Positions 38,601-48,348 of a stretch of DNA of 64,000 nucleotides are shown piece after piece. Made by a program: the position numbers and the translations under genes. Origin of the DNA: an uncultured Acidobacteriota bacterium. Lineage in GTDB: Bacteria > Acidobacteriota > Vicinamibacteria > Vicinamibacterales > UBA2999. Below the pieces are notes generated by a model that was not told the DNA's origin, made no database searches, and saw only the letters and a list, made by a program, of their open reading frames with translations. Position 1 is the first letter of the stretch. Each line of letters begins with the position of its first letter. The stretch lies in contig CAWFTF010000008.1 of NCBI GenBank assembly GCA_963818645.1, positions 36,197-100,196 of the forward strand. Reading direction: 5' to 3'.

Positions 38601-39373
38601 CCTTGCTGAGTCTGGTGATCGCGTTCGCGATGCCGGTCGTGTCGGCTGCGCAAAACGCTACCGATGTCGCCGAAGGGAAGAAACTCTTCGGCGGCTTGTG
38701 CGTCACCTGCCACGGCTTCGACGGAACCGGTGGCGCCGGGCCTCCACTCAATCGGCCACGGCTGCTCTCGGCCCCCGACGATGCGTCGCTGCGCAACATC
38801 ATCGCGGAAGGGATTCCCAACCGCGGCATGCCGAGAGTCCGTCGCGTCACCGATGATGAGATGCGTCAACTCGTGTCATATGTGCGGTCGATTGGAAAGA
38901 TCGCACGCCCCGCTGTGCGCGGCGACGCTGCACGCGGCGGGCAGTTGTACGCCAAGCTCGGATGCGCCGGCTGTCATATCGTGAATGGGGCCGGCGGCAG
39001 CCTTGGCCCCGAGCTGACCAGCATCGGATGGATTCGCGGACCCGAGTACCTGCGCCAGGCGGTGCTCGAGCCGGCGGCACGCCTGCCACAAGGGAACCTG
39101 CCGATTCCCGCGCGTGGTTACAACGAATTCCTCCCGGTGACGATCGTCACGAAGGATGGCGCGGAGGTGCGCGGGATTCGTCTGAACGAGGACGTCTTCA
39201 CGATTCAGATCCGCGACTTAGCGGGGAAGTTCCACTCGGTGCGGAAGAGCGATGCTGCAGTCATTCGAAAGGAAATCGGAGCCAGCTTGATGCCGAGCTA
39301 TGCCAATCGGCTCGCCGGCGGTGAGATTGACGACCTTGTCGCGTATCTGTCGAGGCTCGGAGGGGCGCTGTGA
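38591..39373 (+). CDS. Diheme c-type cytochrome
   Basis: Signal peptide ...AMPVVSAAQ. Two CxxCH motifs (CVTCH and CAGCH), each followed later by a candidate axial Met. The start overlaps the P5 end by 10 nt. Confidence 0.85.
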   Translation: MRLALLSLVIAFAMPVVSAAQNATDVAEGKKLFGGLCVTCHGFDGTGGAGPPLNRPRLLSAPDDASLRNIIAEGIPNRGMPRVRRVTDDEMRQLVSYVRSIGKIARPAVRGDAARGGQLYAKLGCAGCHIVNGAGGSLGPELTSIGWIRGPEYLRQAVLEPAARLPQGNLPIPARGYNEFLPVTIVTKDGAEVRGIRLNEDVFTIQIRDLAGKFHSVRKSDAAVIRKEIGASLMPSYANRLAGGEIDDLVAYLSRLGGAL

Positions 39374-39382
39374 CCACACAAA

Positions 39383-39445
39383 CCGGGATTCGGGATTCGG
39401 GACTCGGGATTCGGGATTCGGGACTCGGGATTCGGGTCCGGCTCG
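39383..39445. repeat. Heptanucleotide tandem array (CGGGATT/CGGGACT)n inside the 5' end of the PQQ dehydrogenase gene
   Basis: cgggatt cgggatt cgggact cgggatt cgggatt cgggact cgggatt cgggtcc. It lies between GTG 39370 and the signal-peptide hydrophobic core. Confidence 0.9.
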
Positions 39446-39484
39446 GGGCCGACCGTCCTCCTCCTGGTTGCGTTCGCCGTCTCG

Positions 39485-41026
39485 GTGCACGCACAGGTGC
39501 CGTACGAGCGGCTGCTCAAGGCCGAGAGCGATCCGCAGAACTGGATGACGTACGCCGGGTCCTACAAGTCGCATCGCTACTCGGTGCTCGATCAGATCAA
39601 TCGCAAGAACGTGGCGTCGCTGAAGCTGGCGTGGGCGTATCAGATTCAACGGGCCGGCATCGTCGAGACGTCGCCGCTCGTCGTCGACGGCGTCATGTAT
39701 CTAACGGAGCCGCCGAGCACGGTAACTGCGCTCGACGTGCGTAGCGGCCGGCCGCTCTGGACGTACTCGCCCAATATTCCGCCCGACGTCATCGTCATCG
39801 GATCGCCGCCAGTGAATCGGGGCGTCGCGATTCTCGACGATCTCGTCTATGTCGGGACCGTGCACGGTCACCTGATTGCGCTCGACTCGAAGTCGGGCAC
39901 GGTTCGCTGGGACATCACGGTCGGCGACAACAAGTCCGGCTACTACCTGACGCTCGCGCCGCTCGCGCTCGACGGGAAGATCGTCGTCGGCGTCTCGGGT
40001 GCGGAGACCGGCATCCGCGGCTTCATCGACGCGTACGACGCCAAAACGGGGAAGCTCACATGGCGCACGTACACAATCCCCGCGCCGGGTGAACCAGGCT
40101 TCGAGACGTGGGGCAAGGGCAACGGCTGGCAGACCGGAGGCGGCTCGACCTGGCTGACCGGCTCGTTCGATCCCGAACTGAACCTTCTCTATTGGGCGAC
40201 CGGCAATCCCGCGCCTGACTGGAACGCGGACAATCGCCCGGGCGACAACCTCTACACCGACTCTGTGCTCGCGCTCGATCCCTCCACTGGAAAGATCAAG
40301 TGGCACTTCCAGTTCACGCCTGAGGACGTGCACGACTGGGACTCGAACGAGACGATGATCCTCTTCGAGGCGCAGATCGGCGGACGCGAAAGAAAGCTGC
40401 TCGCGCAGGCGAATCGCAACGGGTTCTACTATGTGCTCGATCGAGCCACTGGAGAGTTCCTGACAGGTGTACCGTACGCCAAACAGACGTGGGCAGACGG
40501 CCTCGACGCGAAGGGGCGCCCGATTCGCAAGAAGGGAATCTCACCGAGCCTCGAGGGGACGCTGGTCTTCCCTAACATCGGGGGCGCGGCCAACTGGTTC
40601 AGCCCGAGCTATAGCCCTCAGACGAAGCTGTTCTATCAGGCCGCGCGCGAGATGGGCACGGTCTACTTCAAGGGAGCGGCCGAGTACAAGCCAGGTACCG
40701 CGTTCACCGGCGGTGGCGGCCGTCACGTCCAGGGTGACGACGCGTCCGGCGCGATCCGGGCGCTCGACGCGACGACCGGAAAGATGAGATGGGAGTTCCC
40801 ACTGCTGTCTCCCGGTTATACCAGTCTGCTGTCGACGGCGGGCGGCCTCGTCTTCGGTGGATCGGAAGAGGGCAACTTCTTCGCGCTCGATGCCGAGACG
40901 GGAAAGCCGCTCTGGGATACACAAATCGGCGGCGCTGTGCGCGGCATTCCGATGTCATATGCTGTTGACGGCAAGCAGTACATCGCCATTGCTGCTGGGT
41001 TTACGTTGTTCGTCTTTGCGTTGTAA
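39485..41026 (+). CDS. PQQ-dependent dehydrogenase (quinoprotein eight-bladed beta-propeller). The true start is probably upstream (GTG 39370) across a frame discontinuity.
   Basis: WMTYAGSYKSHRYSVLDQIN, ETSPLVVDGVMY, VSGAETGIRGFIDAYDAKTGKLTWR, GDNLYTDSVLALDPSTGKIKWHFQ, HDWD, ANRNGFYYVLDR. The upstream in-frame codons encode ...GPTVLLLVAFAVSVHAQ but hold no canonical start. Confidence 0.85.
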   Translation: MHAQVPYERLLKAESDPQNWMTYAGSYKSHRYSVLDQINRKNVASLKLAWAYQIQRAGIVETSPLVVDGVMYLTEPPSTVTALDVRSGRPLWTYSPNIPPDVIVIGSPPVNRGVAILDDLVYVGTVHGHLIALDSKSGTVRWDITVGDNKSGYYLTLAPLALDGKIVVGVSGAETGIRGFIDAYDAKTGKLTWRTYTIPAPGEPGFETWGKGNGWQTGGGSTWLTGSFDPELNLLYWATGNPAPDWNADNRPGDNLYTDSVLALDPSTGKIKWHFQFTPEDVHDWDSNETMILFEAQIGGRERKLLAQANRNGFYYVLDRATGEFLTGVPYAKQTWADGLDAKGRPIRKKGISPSLEGTLVFPNIGGAANWFSPSYSPQTKLFYQAAREMGTVYFKGAAEYKPGTAFTGGGGRHVQGDDASGAIRALDATTGKMRWEFPLLSPGYTSLLSTAGGLVFGGSEEGNFFALDAETGKPLWDTQIGGAVRGIPMSYAVDGKQYIAIAAGFTLFVFAL

Positions 41027-41105
41027 TGCAAGATGCAAAATTCAAAATGCAAACGATGCAATTTGCATTGCTTTTGCCTTTTGCCTTTTGCATTTTGAAT
41101 TACGA
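41027..41105. repeat. Hairpin of inverted heptamer arrays (TGCAAAA)n / (TTTTGCN)n
   Basis: tgcaaga tgcaaaa ttcaaaa tgcaaac gatgcaa | tttgcat tgctttt gcctttt gcctttt gcatttt gaatt. It lies immediately after the PQQ gene stop. Confidence 0.9.
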
Positions 41106-41113
41106 GTATCAGC

Positions 41114-41779
41114 GTGCTTAAAGCCGTCGAATCTCTCACGCGCCTTCGTGAAGGCAACCGCCGATTCGTAGCCGGTGAATCCTTGAATGCCGCGCTCTCG
41201 AACAGCGCGCGCCGTGAGGCGCTCGTCGCGGGGCAGGAGCCGTTTGCGATCATCCTCGGCTGCTCTGATTCGCGTGTGCCTGCAGAGCTCGTCTTCGATC
41301 AGAGCTTCGGTGATCTCTTCGTCATCCGCGTGGCGGGGAACATCGTCGCGCCCTCGCAGGTCGGGAGCGTCGAGTTTGCCGCATCTCGTTACGGGACGCG
41401 ACTGGTCGTCGTCATGGGGCACTCTCAGTGTGGTGCCATCCTTGCCACGCTCGAAGAACTGCAAGGCGGGGCGACGAATCAGTCCGGCAACCTCCGGTCC
41501 ATCGTCGATCGCGTTCGCCCATCGGTCGAGACGTTGCTCTCGGGCAGGCGGCAGCAAAGTGCCGACGATCTCGTCCGTGACGCGGTGCGCGCGAACGTCC
41601 GCGTGTCGGTCAACCATTTACGGCACGGGTCCGAGTTGCTCGAGAAGCTGATTCAGGAGACCGGCCTTCTGGTGGTTGGCGCCGAGTATTCGCTCGAGAC
41701 CGGCGTGGTCGATTTCTTCGAGAACGTTCCCGAATCTGCGCAGCAGGGCCTATTCGGCACAGTGGGGCTTCGTATCTGA
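41114..41779 (+). CDS. Beta-class carbonic anhydrase
   Basis: LREGNRRF, GCSDSRVPAE (Cys/Asp/Arg), VMGHSQCGA (His/Cys zinc ligands). Confidence 0.9.
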   Translation: MLKAVESLTRLREGNRRFVAGESLNAALSNSARREALVAGQEPFAIILGCSDSRVPAELVFDQSFGDLFVIRVAGNIVAPSQVGSVEFAASRYGTRLVVVMGHSQCGAILATLEELQGGATNQSGNLRSIVDRVRPSVETLLSGRRQQSADDLVRDAVRANVRVSVNHLRHGSELLEKLIQETGLLVVGAEYSLETGVVDFFENVPESAQQGLFGTVGLRI

Positions 41780-41834
41780 GCGAGTTCCGCGTCCGCTGCT
41801 GGTGCCCCCCTGAAGATCTGCCGACAAGCAGGGA

Positions 41835-44006
41835 GTGCCTGTACTGTTTGCGGGTGTTCTATTCCTGAACGCGTTCCTGCTGTTCTGGGTCCAGCCGCTC
41901 TTCGCCAGGATGGTGTTGCCAGTCCTGGGTGGTTCCCCCTCGGTCTGGACGACATGCATGCTGTTCTTCCAGGCTGCGTTGTTGGTCGGCTATGCGTACG
42001 GTCACGCAGGGCTGCGATGGTTCGGGATCAGGCGACAGGCCGCGATCCACAGCGTGATCGTCTGGATTCCGCTGCTCCTGTTGCCCATTGAGGTGACGCA
42101 GGTCGGTGCCGCACTTGCGACGCAAGAGCCCATCACCTGGCTCCTGACCATCGTCGCCACGACCGTCGGTCTGCCGTTCGTGGTGCTGGCTTCAACCGCA
42201 CCCCTGTTACAACGTTGGTTCTCGGCCGCAAGCCGCGGCGCGTCGGATCCCTACTGGCTGTACGCCGCCAGCAATGCCGGCAGTCTCGTGGCGCTGCTTG
42301 CATTTCCGATGTTGTTCGAGCCATTGCTCCCCGCTCAGGCGCAGGCATCCATCTGGAAGATCAGTTACGGCATCGTCGCAGCGCTGTTGACGACGTGTGC
42401 GCTCATCGTAATTCGGCGCGGCCCCGCCACGGCGCCATTGATTCGCGCGCAAGACGAGGAGACATCGGCCGACGTGAAGCCTTCGGCTCGTACGCGGATC
42501 CAATGGCTGGCGTTGTCGTTCGCGCCATCGACACTCATGCTCGGCGTGACCACGTACATCTCGACAGATGTCGCGGCCGTTCCGCTTCTGTGGGTGTTGC
42601 CGCTGTCTTGTTATCTGCTCACGTTCATCGTTGCGTTCGGTTGGTTCTCGGAGGCCGCCTACTCGTTCACGAGGCGCATGCTGCCGCGGGTGCTGCTGCC
42701 GCTGATGTTCGTGGTCCTCATCAGTCTCCCTGTGCAGATGTGGATCACGATTCCGCTTCACATCGCCACGTTCATCGTGCTCGCGCTGCTGTGTCACGGC
42801 GAGCTCGCGCGAAATCGTCCAGGGATCGGGCACCTTACTGAGTTCTATTTGTGGCTGGCCGCCGGTGGTGTTTTAGGCGGTGTCTTCAACACGCTGATCG
42901 CCCCGCAGATCTTTACGTCGGTGGCTGAATATCCGATTGCGATCGCCGTGGCATGTCTGCTGTGTGTATCCCGCGAACAGCTCGTCGAGACCGTGTCCAA
43001 TCCGCGGCGGCTGGCGAGGCCGGCTCTGGCTGTGGCGATGGCTGCGGCGCTGCTGGTTGGTGGACGGCTCACCACCGTTCCGTCGGTTCCGATACTGGCG
43101 CTTCTCGGCGCCCCGGTCATCATGTGCATGAGCGTCGCGAAGGACAGTGCGCGGTTCGCTTTGACGATCGCCGGCCTGCTCGCTGCGCTGCTGCTGGGGA
43201 ACGCGGTTGCGCCCGTGGAAGGTGGTCACGTCTGGTACGCAGATAGAACGTTCTTTGGTGTCTATCGCGTACGAACGGATGCCGCCAACCATCTCGTCTC
43301 ACTCGCGCATGGGACAACCACGCACGGAGCGCAAGTGGCCGGCGACAAGAATCCCGAGCCGTTGACCTACTACCATCGCCAAAGTCCGATTGGACAGCTG
43401 TTCGCCACGCTCGGACCATCAGCACGATCAGTGGGTGTCATCGGGCTTGGCGCAGGAACGCTTGCGGCGTACGTGCAGCCTGGCGCGTCATGGAGTTTCT
43501 ACGAGATCGATGCGGCGGTGGAACGGATCGCGCGCGATGCTCGGTACTTTCACTATCTCGAGCGGTGCGGATCGCAGTGTTCCGTCATCCTCGGGGATGC
43601 ACGGCTGACGCTTGCGCAGCATGAGGGGTCGCACGACGTACTCGTGCTCGATGCGTTCAGTTCCGATGCGATTCCAATGCACTTGCTGACGACCGAGGCG
43701 TTGCAGACGTACGAATCACGACTGGCACCGGACGGCATCCTGGCGTTCCACATCTCGAATCGCCACATCCACCTGCGCCCCGTGGTCGCGAGACTCGCGC
43801 GCGACCGCCGTCTGATAGCGCTGGTGCAGCTCGATCCCACTGTCGACATGACGCGCGGCTACACGGCATCTGACTGGGTGCTGATGGCCCGGAATCCGGC
43901 TGCACTTGAAAGGTTCAGGCGGGATTCACGATGGAAGCCGCTCGAAGCCGACGCGAAACGCGCCTGGTCTGACGACTTCTCGAATATCTGGACTGAGCTG
44001 CGCTAA
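41835..44006 (+). CDS. Fused polytopic membrane domain / spermidine synthase-like (class I methyltransferase fold) protein
   Basis: About 480 aa of TM helices, then VGVIGLGAGTLAAY, VLVLDAFSSDAIPMHLLT, PDGILAFHISN, which is typical of the spermidine-synthase-like fold. 723 aa. Confidence 0.8.
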   Translation: MPVLFAGVLFLNAFLLFWVQPLFARMVLPVLGGSPSVWTTCMLFFQAALLVGYAYGHAGLRWFGIRRQAAIHSVIVWIPLLLLPIEVTQVGAALATQEPITWLLTIVATTVGLPFVVLASTAPLLQRWFSAASRGASDPYWLYAASNAGSLVALLAFPMLFEPLLPAQAQASIWKISYGIVAALLTTCALIVIRRGPATAPLIRAQDEETSADVKPSARTRIQWLALSFAPSTLMLGVTTYISTDVAAVPLLWVLPLSCYLLTFIVAFGWFSEAAYSFTRRMLPRVLLPLMFVVLISLPVQMWITIPLHIATFIVLALLCHGELARNRPGIGHLTEFYLWLAAGGVLGGVFNTLIAPQIFTSVAEYPIAIAVACLLCVSREQLVETVSNPRRLARPALAVAMAAALLVGGRLTTVPSVPILALLGAPVIMCMSVAKDSARFALTIAGLLAALLLGNAVAPVEGGHVWYADRTFFGVYRVRTDAANHLVSLAHGTTTHGAQVAGDKNPEPLTYYHRQSPIGQLFATLGPSARSVGVIGLGAGTLAAYVQPGASWSFYEIDAAVERIARDARYFHYLERCGSQCSVILGDARLTLAQHEGSHDVLVLDAFSSDAIPMHLLTTEALQTYESRLAPDGILAFHISNRHIHLRPVVARLARDRRLIALVQLDPTVDMTRGYTASDWVLMARNPAALERFRRDSRWKPLEADAKRAWSDDFSNIWTELR

Positions 44007-44246
44007 GCGTAGTCCGCTTCGCTCTTCGAACGAGCTCGGCCGTACCTCAGCAAATTCCATCCTCCGCAGCTTTTGTGCAAATCCTTGCTGGAGTCCACGG
44101 CGACGGCTGCGCGAACGTTGCAGCACACGATTTCGACCCTTGCTGTGCGCGAATGAGTCGGGCGGGCGCGGGGGCGCGGACCGGGCCGCTAAAGCTTTAC
44201 GTATAACGGCTTGCTGGCTGTAAGATCTCCGCGGAGGCGGGTTTCC

Positions 44247-45248
44247 ATGAAGCATCGCGCCCTCGTCGTTTCGGCCGCAGTCATGCTGGCGGCCCTGTCC
44301 TTATCAACTGTTGTTGCCCAGAGTCCGAAGGCCCGCAGCACAAACTCGACTGGTGCCGCGATCCCACGCACACATGACGGTCATCCCGACATGCAGGGTT
44401 ACTGGACCAACGACACCGTGACGCCGCTCGAGCGTCCTCCGGAGTTCGGCGAGAAAGCCGTCATTTCCGCCGAGGAGGCCGCCGCATACGCCAAGAAGCG
44501 GATGGATCAGTTCCTCGCCCAGCCGAAGGACGACATCCACTACGACGATGCGATCTGGCAGGGCGAGAACTACGGTAAGCAGACGACGCTGCGCACGTCG
44601 CTCGTTACCGACCCGAGCAACGGCCGCCTTCCGCCGCTGACGCCCGCGGGGCAGGCGCGTTCAGCGGAGCGCGCGAGGCGAGGCGGTGCTGGCGGACCGT
44701 CTGACAGCGCACAGAGCCGCACTCTTGCCGAACGCTGCATTTCGTGGGGCAACGTCGGTCCGCCGATGATTCCGCCCACCTACTACGCAAACATGCAAAT
44801 CATGCAGGCGGCCGATCACGTCGCGATCCGGCACGAACTGATGCACGACGTACGTCTGATCAGGCTCGACGGGGCTCCTCGTCCAGGGTCCAACGTGCAG
44901 TGGCTGGCTGGTGATGCGCGCGGCCGGTGGGAAGGCGACACGTTCGTCGTCGAGACCACCAACTTCACCGAGGAGACGCCCTTCAGAGGGCCGCCCCGAA
45001 CGACGCGGCAGGACATCGCCACCAGCACGCAGCTCAAGGTGACCGAGCGATTCACGCTGGTCAGACCGCGACACGATTCGTTACGAGTTCACCGTGGACG
45101 ACCCCGGCACGTGGACCCGCCCCTGGTCCGGTGAGATCCCGATGCGCCGGATCGAAGGGCCGATTTACGAGTATGCCTGCCACGAAGGGAACTACGGCCT
45201 TGCCAACATCCTGCGGGCCGCGCGGGTTCAGGAGGCGAACGCACGATA
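44247..45248 (+). CDS. Secreted protein of unknown function, paralog family member P6, with an apparent +1 frameshift near 45060
   Basis: Signal peptide MKHRALVVSAAVMLAALSLSTVVAQ. LAERCISWGNVGPP, IRLDG, GRWEGDTFVVETTNF. After the shift: DRDTIRYEFTVDDPGTWTRPW...YEYACHEGNYGL, ending with TAA at 45246. Confidence 0.8.
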
Positions 45249-45258
45249 AAATAAACCC

Positions 45259-45855
45259 ATGCAGGACCTTATCCGGCAGCTCCTGGTCGAGCTGGGCGAG
45301 GACCCGGCTCGCGAGGGGCTGGTCCGGACGCCGCACCGCGTCGAGAAGGCGCTCAAGTTCCTCACGAGCGGCTACGGCGCCGACATCGACACAGTCCTCA
45401 ACGATGCGCTCTTCACGGTGGACTACAGCGAGATGGTCATCGTGAAGGACATCGATTTCTACAGCCTGTGCGAGCATCACTTGCTGCCGTTCTTCGGCAA
45501 GTGCCACGTCGCCTACATTCCCCAAAGACACGTGATCGGTCTGAGCAAGATTCCTCGCCTGGTGGATGTCTTCGCGCGGCGCCTGCAGGTGCAGGAGCGA
45601 ATGACCAACCAGATCGCCGAGACCATACGTCAGAAGATCGACCCACTTGGCGTGGCGGTCGTCTGCGAGGGGACTCACCTGTGTATGTCGATGCGTGGCG
45701 TGGAGAAACAGAATTCGTTTGCGGTCACGAGCGCCATGCTCGGGTCGTTCCGCGACAACGCCCGCACGCGAATGGAGTTTCTCGAGCTGATCAAGGGAAG
45801 AGCGAGTGGCCCGTGGGCGACGAGTCCTGCCGGGCTCGCGTGCGTGGCTGATTGA
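45259..45855 (+). CDS. folE: GTP cyclohydrolase I (FolE type 1)
   Basis: [43 protein letters not shown]. Confidence 0.95.
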   Translation: MQDLIRQLLVELGEDPAREGLVRTPHRVEKALKFLTSGYGADIDTVLNDALFTVDYSEMVIVKDIDFYSLCEHHLLPFFGKCHVAYIPQRHVIGLSKIPRLVDVFARRLQVQERMTNQIAETIRQKIDPLGVAVVCEGTHLCMSMRGVEKQNSFAVTSAMLGSFRDNARTRMEFLELIKGRASGPWATSPAGLACVAD

Positions 45856-45868
45856 GAGTGAAATCAGC

Positions 45869-46540
45869 GTGCGAATAGCAGCCGTCCTGATCGCTGCCGC
45901 GCTTGCCGGTCAGGTCTTGATATCAGCGCAGACCACGCAGGCCAAGCGTCCGCCCGCGCGCCGGCCAACGGTGCCGCCGAAGATCGAAGAGGCGATGGTG
46001 AACTGCCCGACAGTGCTCGGGGAGGGAGCGAACACCGGGCGGATGTTTTGCGATGTCCTGATCGAGCGAGAGCCCAGGGCTGGCATCATCATTCAGTTTC
46101 CGCCCCATACGGGCGACGTGACGCTCAGCTTCACGCTCCACAATCGGCACACGTATTCCGAGGAGGAGGTCAAGAACAAGCGTGCGTACCACCGCTACAC
46201 GGCTTCGATCGGAGTGATGGCGCTGGACAACACGCTTCTCAGTCGCGCTGTCGTTCAGAACGAATTCCGCACGGCAGGCGATCTCGTTGACCGGGTGCGC
46301 GGCGGAAGCGGCGCAGGCGGGCTGAAAGCTGTCGCGCCCACCGGCGCCGAGAACATCGTCTTGACGATCCCCGAGACGGAGCAGGGTGTCAGCCTGCTTG
46401 GTGAGAAGTTGACGGTGATCCGCGTGGACGGCAAGGACGAGTTCACAACGCTGGGCCGCCCGATCGCCGTCATCAGTAACGTGATGATCGAGTATCGGCC
46501 TGGGCCACCGCCCCGGCCGGCGCCGGCGCGGCAAAAGTGA
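45869..46540 (+). CDS. Secreted protein of unknown function
   Basis: GTG 45869 gives VRIAAVLIAAALAGQVLISAQ as a signal peptide. Coding-like composition, Pro-rich C-terminus. The ORF-track start 45806 overlaps folE. Confidence 0.6.
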   Translation: MRIAAVLIAAALAGQVLISAQTTQAKRPPARRPTVPPKIEEAMVNCPTVLGEGANTGRMFCDVLIEREPRAGIIIQFPPHTGDVTLSFTLHNRHTYSEEEVKNKRAYHRYTASIGVMALDNTLLSRAVVQNEFRTAGDLVDRVRGGSGAGGLKAVAPTGAENIVLTIPETEQGVSLLGEKLTVIRVDGKDEFTTLGRPIAVISNVMIEYRPGPPPRPAPARQK

Positions 46541-46549
46541 TCTCGTGCC

Positions 46550-48347
46550 TTACCTGCAGGAGATGACTCGGACGGACGTCCGGGTCGCCTTCGGATCTTC
46601 GTCGTCGGTGACTTCGTTCAGTTTCTGAACAACGGCCGCAAATCCGCAGCGGTCGGGATCGAACAATCCCCACTCGTCCTGAGCTGGCCGCGTATTCGAC
46701 TTGGAGGGCTTCTTCGGTCCCTTCTTGTCGGAGCGCTTCCGCGATTTTTCTGGCTTCTCCTTGTTGACAGCCGGGTGCGCCTCGACTGGTGGCAGGCTCG
46801 GCGGTCGCGATCTCGTGGAGCGGGTTCGGCACGACAGCCGCCGGCGGCGCTGCGGCCTCGAGCGCGGACTCGAGATCATGCAGCGCCGGCGACGCGTTCA
46901 GCTCGTAGACGTCCTCTTCGGGTGGAGCGGCGTCGACTGCAGTCTCCGCCTCGGGCTCCTCGAGTGCGTCGATGTCGCACGTCAAGTCGACTTCGAGAGG
47001 CCCTCGGGTCTCTCCCGGGGTTTCTGACGTCGCAACTGGCTCCGCCATTTGAGGTGCGATCGACGCCTGTCCCTGCTCCGCCACTGGCTGCTCCGAGTCC
47101 ACCAGAGACGGCTCAGAGGCCCGGACTTTCTTACCCCACGCGCCGCGGATGGCGGCCAGCGCAGCCTCGAACGATGCCGTACGCCGTGGTGCCGGAGGCG
47201 CAACGGGGGGAGGAGGCGCAACCGGAGACACGGGTTCAACGTGATCTCGGGCCGGCTCCTCTCGAGGTTCGATTGGCGCGAGATCGTACTCGACGATGAC
47301 CGGCGTGGCCACGACGTCGGAAGCCTCGTCGACGATAGCCTGAACATCGTCCGTCATCTCGTAGACGATGGCGACCGGCATGTCCTCGTCTACGGCATCC
47401 TGCTGTTCGATGTGAGCTGCGGGTTCGTCGATCGGGACAGAGGCAGAAGCGGCGACAGTGTCGTCCGATTGGTCGTCGACCGACGCGAGCATCTGCAGGC
47501 TCGCATCCTCGACATACATCGGCGCTTGTTCTGCGTCGGGCCGTGGTGCCGGGTCACAGTGTGCGACCGTGTCGGGCTGAGCCACGTCAGGCTCACCGTA
47601 CGGCAGCACCTCGACATACATCGGCGCTTGCTCTTCGTCGGGCCGTGGTGCCGGGTCACAGTGTGCAACCGCATCTGGCGGAGCCACGTCAGGCTCACCG
47701 TACGCGAGCACCTGCTCATCTTCGTGTCGCTCTGCCGATTCGTCGAGGCTTTCCTCGTCCCGCGCCGGAGGCGCTGGTGCGACGTAAATCGGCGTCTCGT
47801 CCCGGAATTCGTATTCGACGGGGTGCGCGGTGGCAGCGTCGGACGTATACGACTCCGGCTCATACGCAGGCACATACGTGACGGTCACCTCGTGTGGCTC
47901 TGCGTCGGCAGGAAGAGCGGCAGGGGGCTCCGGAGATTCGTTGGTTGCCTGGCGCTCCTCGGCGGCCCGTGCAAGATAGACGGCGATTTCGTCGGCGAAG
48001 AACGTGGGATCGCAGCCGTCCGGCGCCGACTCGTTTCGGCGTTTGCGACCGAATGAGAACAGGCCACGGCCGGCTGGCTTGGCCACGCCGAGGACAGGGA
48101 TGCGCAGCGTTTGCACGTGCGCCCCTGCAGGTCCGATCTCACGCAGATACTCTGCCAGGACGCCGTCGTCGAACGGGGACAGCAACGGCGAGGTCATGAT
48201 GAGGTCAGGCACGCGCTCCGCGAGCACTTGAAGCGCCTCGCCGGCGGATTCGGCTTGCACGAACTCCGCGTCAAATCGTCCGCGGACCAGTGCCGCGAGT
48301 TGAGCGGCCTGGCGTTTATCGGCGTCGATCGCGAGAATGAGCTGCAT
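46550..48347 (-). CDS. Receiver-like domain protein with a long acidic/Pro-rich repeat region and a conserved-looking C-terminal WGLFDP..CGF motif. Apparent +1 frameshift around 46790-46880.
   Basis: N-terminal MQLILAIDADKRQAAQLAALV...VPDLIMTSPLLSPFD resembles a CheY-like fold. The C-terminus continues in ORF 46550..46879 (KKPSKSNTRPAQDEWGLFDPDRCGFAAVVQKLNEVT). Confidence 0.65.
47511..47714. repeat. Two tandem copies of a 102-bp repeat inside the receiver-like gene
   Basis: gacatacatcggcgcttg... recurs at 47511 and 47613. It encodes VL(A/P)YGEPDVA(P/Q)PD(A/T)VAHCDPAPRPD(E/A)EQAPMYVE twice. Confidence 0.9.
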
Positions 48348-48348
48348 T

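Noticed and set aside
47049-48056. 335-aa plus-strand ORF.
   Set aside because: It is antisense to the receiver-like gene and has highly biased R/L/V/G composition. The minus-strand frame carries the conserved N-terminal domain and repeat structure.
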